From: a virus
Lineage: Duplodnaviria; Caudoviricetes
Direction: 5' to 3' (one strand)
IMG/VR virus record: IMGVR_UViG_3300021400_000138
Span: 96,001 to 160,000 of that record
DNA: 64,000 nucleotides
Shown: in pieces, positions 60,383 through 64,000 of the stretch
Numbering within the stretch: position 1 is the first letter of the stretch
Layout of the letters: each line of letters opens with the position of its first letter
Made by a program: the position numbers and the translations under genes
Notes under the pieces: model-generated
What the model was told of the DNA's origin: nothing
Seen by the model: the letters and a program-made list of their open reading frames with translations, nothing else
The model's database searches: none

Positions 60383-60814
60383 TTCTATTGTATTTACATA
60401 TATCTCCGTCCTCGGATTATCTTTGTCATAATCCGTTTTTAATGTAAGTGATTTAAGATGCTATCCGTCATCGTCGCATATAAACCCAGCTTCACTAAAC
60501 GAATCCAAAATAAATTTTGGCGTAGTGTTGTCAGGATCTGCCCTCCGTTGGCTAGGCATATACGTAATAAACGTCATCTCAAACTTTTCTAGTTTCAAAC
60601 TACTATATCCAAGTTTATTAATCCACCATACCCCGAAATCTTTCCACTTTTGTTTCAGTGCATTCATTTGAATCCTGGGAAGAATCATCCATGAATTTAT
60701 AGTTGGATGCATTGGCCTTTCAATAGGTTTTTTCCTAGCCCGTGGATGTTGTTTAAAATAAAAATCAGCATATTCATCAATTATATGCTGATCCAAAACT
60801 AACTTATATTCCAT
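60380..60814 (-). CDS. RusA-like Holliday junction resolvase (144 aa, 1 TAG)
   Basis: RRADPDNTTPKFILDSF...DDDG(Q)HLKSL...DKDNPRTEI. Confidence 0.75.
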
Positions 60815-60824
60815 AACATCTACC

Positions 60825-61260
60825 TTACTTATACAACTGATATTTTTTACTTATCTTCGCCGCAATATCATCTGGAAGAGGGCGAAATCCAATACAAGTA
60901 AGCGTCCTGCCAACACCAGATTCATCGTATTCTTTCAGTAAGACAGCAATCTTTTATTAGAAAATAATCCTCATTTTCTTTTAGTCCTAATTCATTAGAA
61001 ATTGTGCATACTTTTTCTAATTGATATTTATTCTTCGCCTCGCAAATTATTTTGGTAAATATTCCATTAATCCAATTATCCCAAGTGTCTATGTCAAATT
61101 GAACATAAGAGATAACTCGCTCAGGTTCAACAGAAGATATATCACATACATTCTTGCGAATCATGTTTGTAAGAAATGCCATTGAAGCATGTGAAACCTG
61201 GGCGGCAAGTTTTCCTGGGGACATGTTAAGGTCGCGACGAACGATTATTATTTGTTTCAT
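60825..61260 (-). pseudogene. pth2: peptidyl-tRNA hydrolase Pth2, frameshifted near 60934
   Basis: KQIIIVRRDLNMSPGKLAAQVSHAS; the C-terminal GRTLTCIGFRPLPDDI..KI...QLY lies in another frame after CLTE. Confidence 0.75.
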
Positions 61261-61274
61261 AACTTTATACCTCT

Positions 61275-62300
61275 TTAAATAAAAGCCTCATCTGATTCAT
61301 CCGTCAAATCAGAACGAATAATGTAGCTTGATTCGGTTGTTTCTACCGATTCATGACCAAGTAACTTCTAAGCAACTTTCGGTGATTTATGTTCATAAAC
61401 AACAAGATTTGTTGCCTTACTTTCACGCCAAATATGAGACATAACACGACGGCCAACAAGTTTTGTCAATAATCCAGAACACCATTCGTTGAACGTTGTC
61501 TCACTTACTTGTTTCACATTTCCATCTTTATCTTTGGTAACAAACAAATATGGACAATCATCATCACCACGAACTTCCAACCATTTCTTTATTGCATCCA
61601 TAGCGTCTTGATCAAATTTAAGGCGACGTCGCTTGCCCTCTTTGCTGGGTCCCTTCGCTCGAAGAATATGTGTTGTATAAAACCTAGATATTCCGATTTG
61701 TTCTTTTCCATCTTCATCAATATATTTAATCTCTTTAACAATAGGTTCATAATCTGCAATTTCTTTAAGAAGTTGTCTTGTCTCCGCTCTACGAGCAGCC
61801 GAGCTATATGAGAATTTTACATAAGCAAGAATTTGCCATTTTTCAAGCTCTTCAAGTTTATTGTAAAGATCTTCCATTTCTTCTGGAGTAAGAGGATGTT
61901 TTTCATGCACAAACCCTGTTTTTACAACTTTCATACTTGAGGTAACAAAACTTCTGAAAGTCGGATATTCATCTTCATAGTACTCTACTATATAATTGCA
62001 AAAAGAACTAATAACAGATTTTTTCATTTTTATTGCAGACTCTGAAAGACCACGATTTGTAAGCCAATTAAGATATCTTACAAATTCTTTTTTCTTTATA
62101 TCAACACAATCTTTATCCTTTAATGATTCATGTACCCACCAGAAAAATATTCGAAGAGCAGAAGAGTACTGAATTTTTGATTGATCACTAAGTTCAATTT
62201 TGTATTCTAAAAATTCCTAGACCATATTACGGTTAAATTCATTTACTTGCTGCCACATCTCATCAGTTATTTCATCAGAGTGTTTCGCAACTTGACCCAT
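61275..62300 (-). CDS. second tyrosine recombinase (341 aa, 2 TAG)
   Basis: AARRAE (R), SHIWRES (HxxR), VA(TAG=Q)KLLGHESVETTESSY (H,Y). Confidence 0.85.
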
Positions 62301-62320
62301 TGTCATCACCTACCTTTATT

Positions 62321-62563
62321 TTAAGACAACTTCCTCTTACACCAAAGGTCATAACATTCCTTAGAAGAGTTCTTATCAAAAACAAATACCAGAACATTCT
62401 TCCCAGTATTTCTATCCTAACTAGTATATATATCAATCAGTTCGACGTCATTCTTTATATACATAGCCGCCTAGTCTATATTAAGTATTCTTACAACATC
62501 TTTGCTAAAATAATCATACCTTTTTCCTGTTACCTAACTTCGTTTAATGAATTCATCGTCCAT
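62321..62563 (-). CDS. small conserved phage protein (80 aa, 3 TAG)
   Basis: GAGGAGG RBS; VVRILNIDQAAMYIKNDVELIDIY...VLVFVFDK...YDLWCKR. Confidence 0.65.
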
Positions 62564-62564
62564 A

Positions 62565-62798
62565 TTAAGCCTCCTCTCTGAGTACAGAAATAATAATCTC
62601 CGACGTTTTAACAAGTTCTTCTTGTGCATAGGGACTATCTGAAACATCCTTTAACAATCCACGGGCAAGATAGAGGGGAAGATTAGTAACGAACTCATCT
62701 TCCTCGTCTGTAGTTTCGTCATAGGATGTTTTGATTTTATCCTAGATTTGGTTATATCTATCCAGGACTGATCGTGTATTTGAATAGAAATCTATCAT
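62565..62798 (-). CDS. hypothetical protein (77 aa, 1 TAG)
   Basis: AAAGGAG RBS, ATG 62798, TAA 62565. Confidence 0.55.
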
Positions 62799-62820
62799 GA
62801 TTGTTTTCTCCTTTTAGTCA

Positions 62821-63660
62821 TCAAAAATCTAACATTGTTTCGTCTATTTCTAGGGTATCTGAGTCATATTGATTCATATATTCATAAACATCGAAATGTT
62901 CCATAATACCAAGTTCTCGACGTTTTGTATTTACATATTCTTCAAATTGTTCTGGAGTATTATTGTATCTGCCATACACATTATGAAAGCTACCTTCAAA
63001 AGCAGTGCTATGATATTTCGCTCCAATACACACTCCGCAATTTATATCAAACCTTGTATTCGGATATAGTGCAAATGAATATATATGATGAACTTCAAGA
63101 TTCTATGTCTCACCAGATATAATACATCTGCCCCGATCTTTCTCTATAACTCCTTTACGAAATTGATAATATTCTGGAGTTTTTCGCAAATCTTCTGTTT
63201 TTTGAATTTCAGCTTTTGGTCTTCTATGTCCGATTGAACCACGACATGTAAGTTTTTTGCCAGATGTAAGTTTATAAATAGAAGAGGATATAACTTGTCC
63301 ACATGAACATTGACAAAAATAATATGGCATACGATTACTATTATTTGATTTTTCTTCATCGTATCCAATAACTGTAAGTTCACCAAATACCTGACCCGTC
63401 ATATCTTTCGGATTATTGTATTCACATTCCTTACAAATCAATTTATGATCTGGCCTATCTACTATATTTAAAATTCTTCTTAATTCACTTTCGTGTATTC
63501 CGTTAGGGCATTTAAAATAATACTTTTGCTTCGTCCCATACGGAATCTCTGATGGCAATTTATCATTCTTTTCATAATCCCAAAGATCTAATATATCATG
63601 ACGATTATTTGATAAACACCATTCTTCAAAAGTCTATTTGTATGTATATTTATTTCCCAT
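62821..63660 (-). CDS. Zn-ribbon HNH endonuclease (279 aa, 2 TAG)
   Basis: AAGGAGG RBS; WDYEKN..PSEI...YFKC; CIISGETQNLEVHHI...FHNVYGRYNNTPEQF. Confidence 0.8.
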
Positions 63661-63772
63661 ACTTCTACCTCCTTAGAGTTGAATCTCCTGATATAGTTAA
63701 ACGCAATGCGGAGAAGCCAGGAGGAGCTTCTCCATATAAGAGTGATCAAGTTCTTATATTTATTGCGTTTGC

Positions 63773-63865
63773 TAAGCCCGCTGGAATTCGAATCCAGATT
63801 ACCTCCTTCAGAGGGATATCACGCTTTTAGAGAGCGGTGCACTAGTCCAGTTGTGCTACGGGCCT
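63773..63865 (-). tRNA. amber suppressor tRNA, anticodon CUA, long variable arm
   Basis: acceptor AGGCCCG/CGGGCTT; D arm GCAC/GTGC with GG; anticodon stem CGCT/AGCG with loop CT-CTA-AA (63828-63830); T arm CTGGA-TTCGAAT-TCCAG; no encoded CCA. Confidence 0.88.
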
Positions 63866-64000
63866 ATATATTGGACAGTAAAAAATACCGTCCTTAAAAT
63901 AAAAAGAGCAGATAATCCACTCTCAAATTACAAATAATGTTTATAAAAATAATCGTTTATCATATCTACTACTTTATCCTCAAGATGATATTCTTTAATC

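Noticed and set aside
63821-63836. Reading the tRNA as Arg(TCT)
   Set aside because: That register destroys the anticodon stem and loses U33; only CUA centres a 7-nt loop.
442-63897. Numerous short opposite-strand or alternate-frame ORFs in the track (e.g. 10173-10904, 34501-34902, 55122-55427, 63552-63830)
   Set aside because: Shadows of longer, motif-bearing code-15 genes or of the tRNA.

Overview
64 kb of a large, AT-rich, probably temperate siphovirus-like phage, most likely of a gut Firmicute (Clostridia-like) host. Most minus-strand late genes use TAG as a sense codon (Gln, genetic code 15), which is why the supplied ORF track is shattered. Read with TAG=Gln, the window resolves into three parts. 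(1) A TAG-free plus-strand block at 116-6000: HPr-like, ThyX-fold, dNMP kinase, HNH, integrase with attP matching a tRNA 3' end, and DUF262. (2) A long minus-strand late block: holins, modular endolysin, a 2772-aa tail fibre, Tal/Dit, and a ~7470-aa tape measure gene split by five group I introns, with a 15-16 nt micro-exon, an intron ending in A and a recoded intronic homing endonuclease. (3) Upstream of that: a conserved-looking Gln/Asn/Cys-rich module headed by a Cys-His-Asp enzyme, RusA-like, frameshifted Pth2, a second tyrosine recombinase, HNH genes and an amber-suppressor tRNA(CUA) with an unusual 23-nt variable arm. Boundaries were derived by hand. Family names come from motif recognition, not database searches, and the longest frames were only spot-checked for TAA/TGA.
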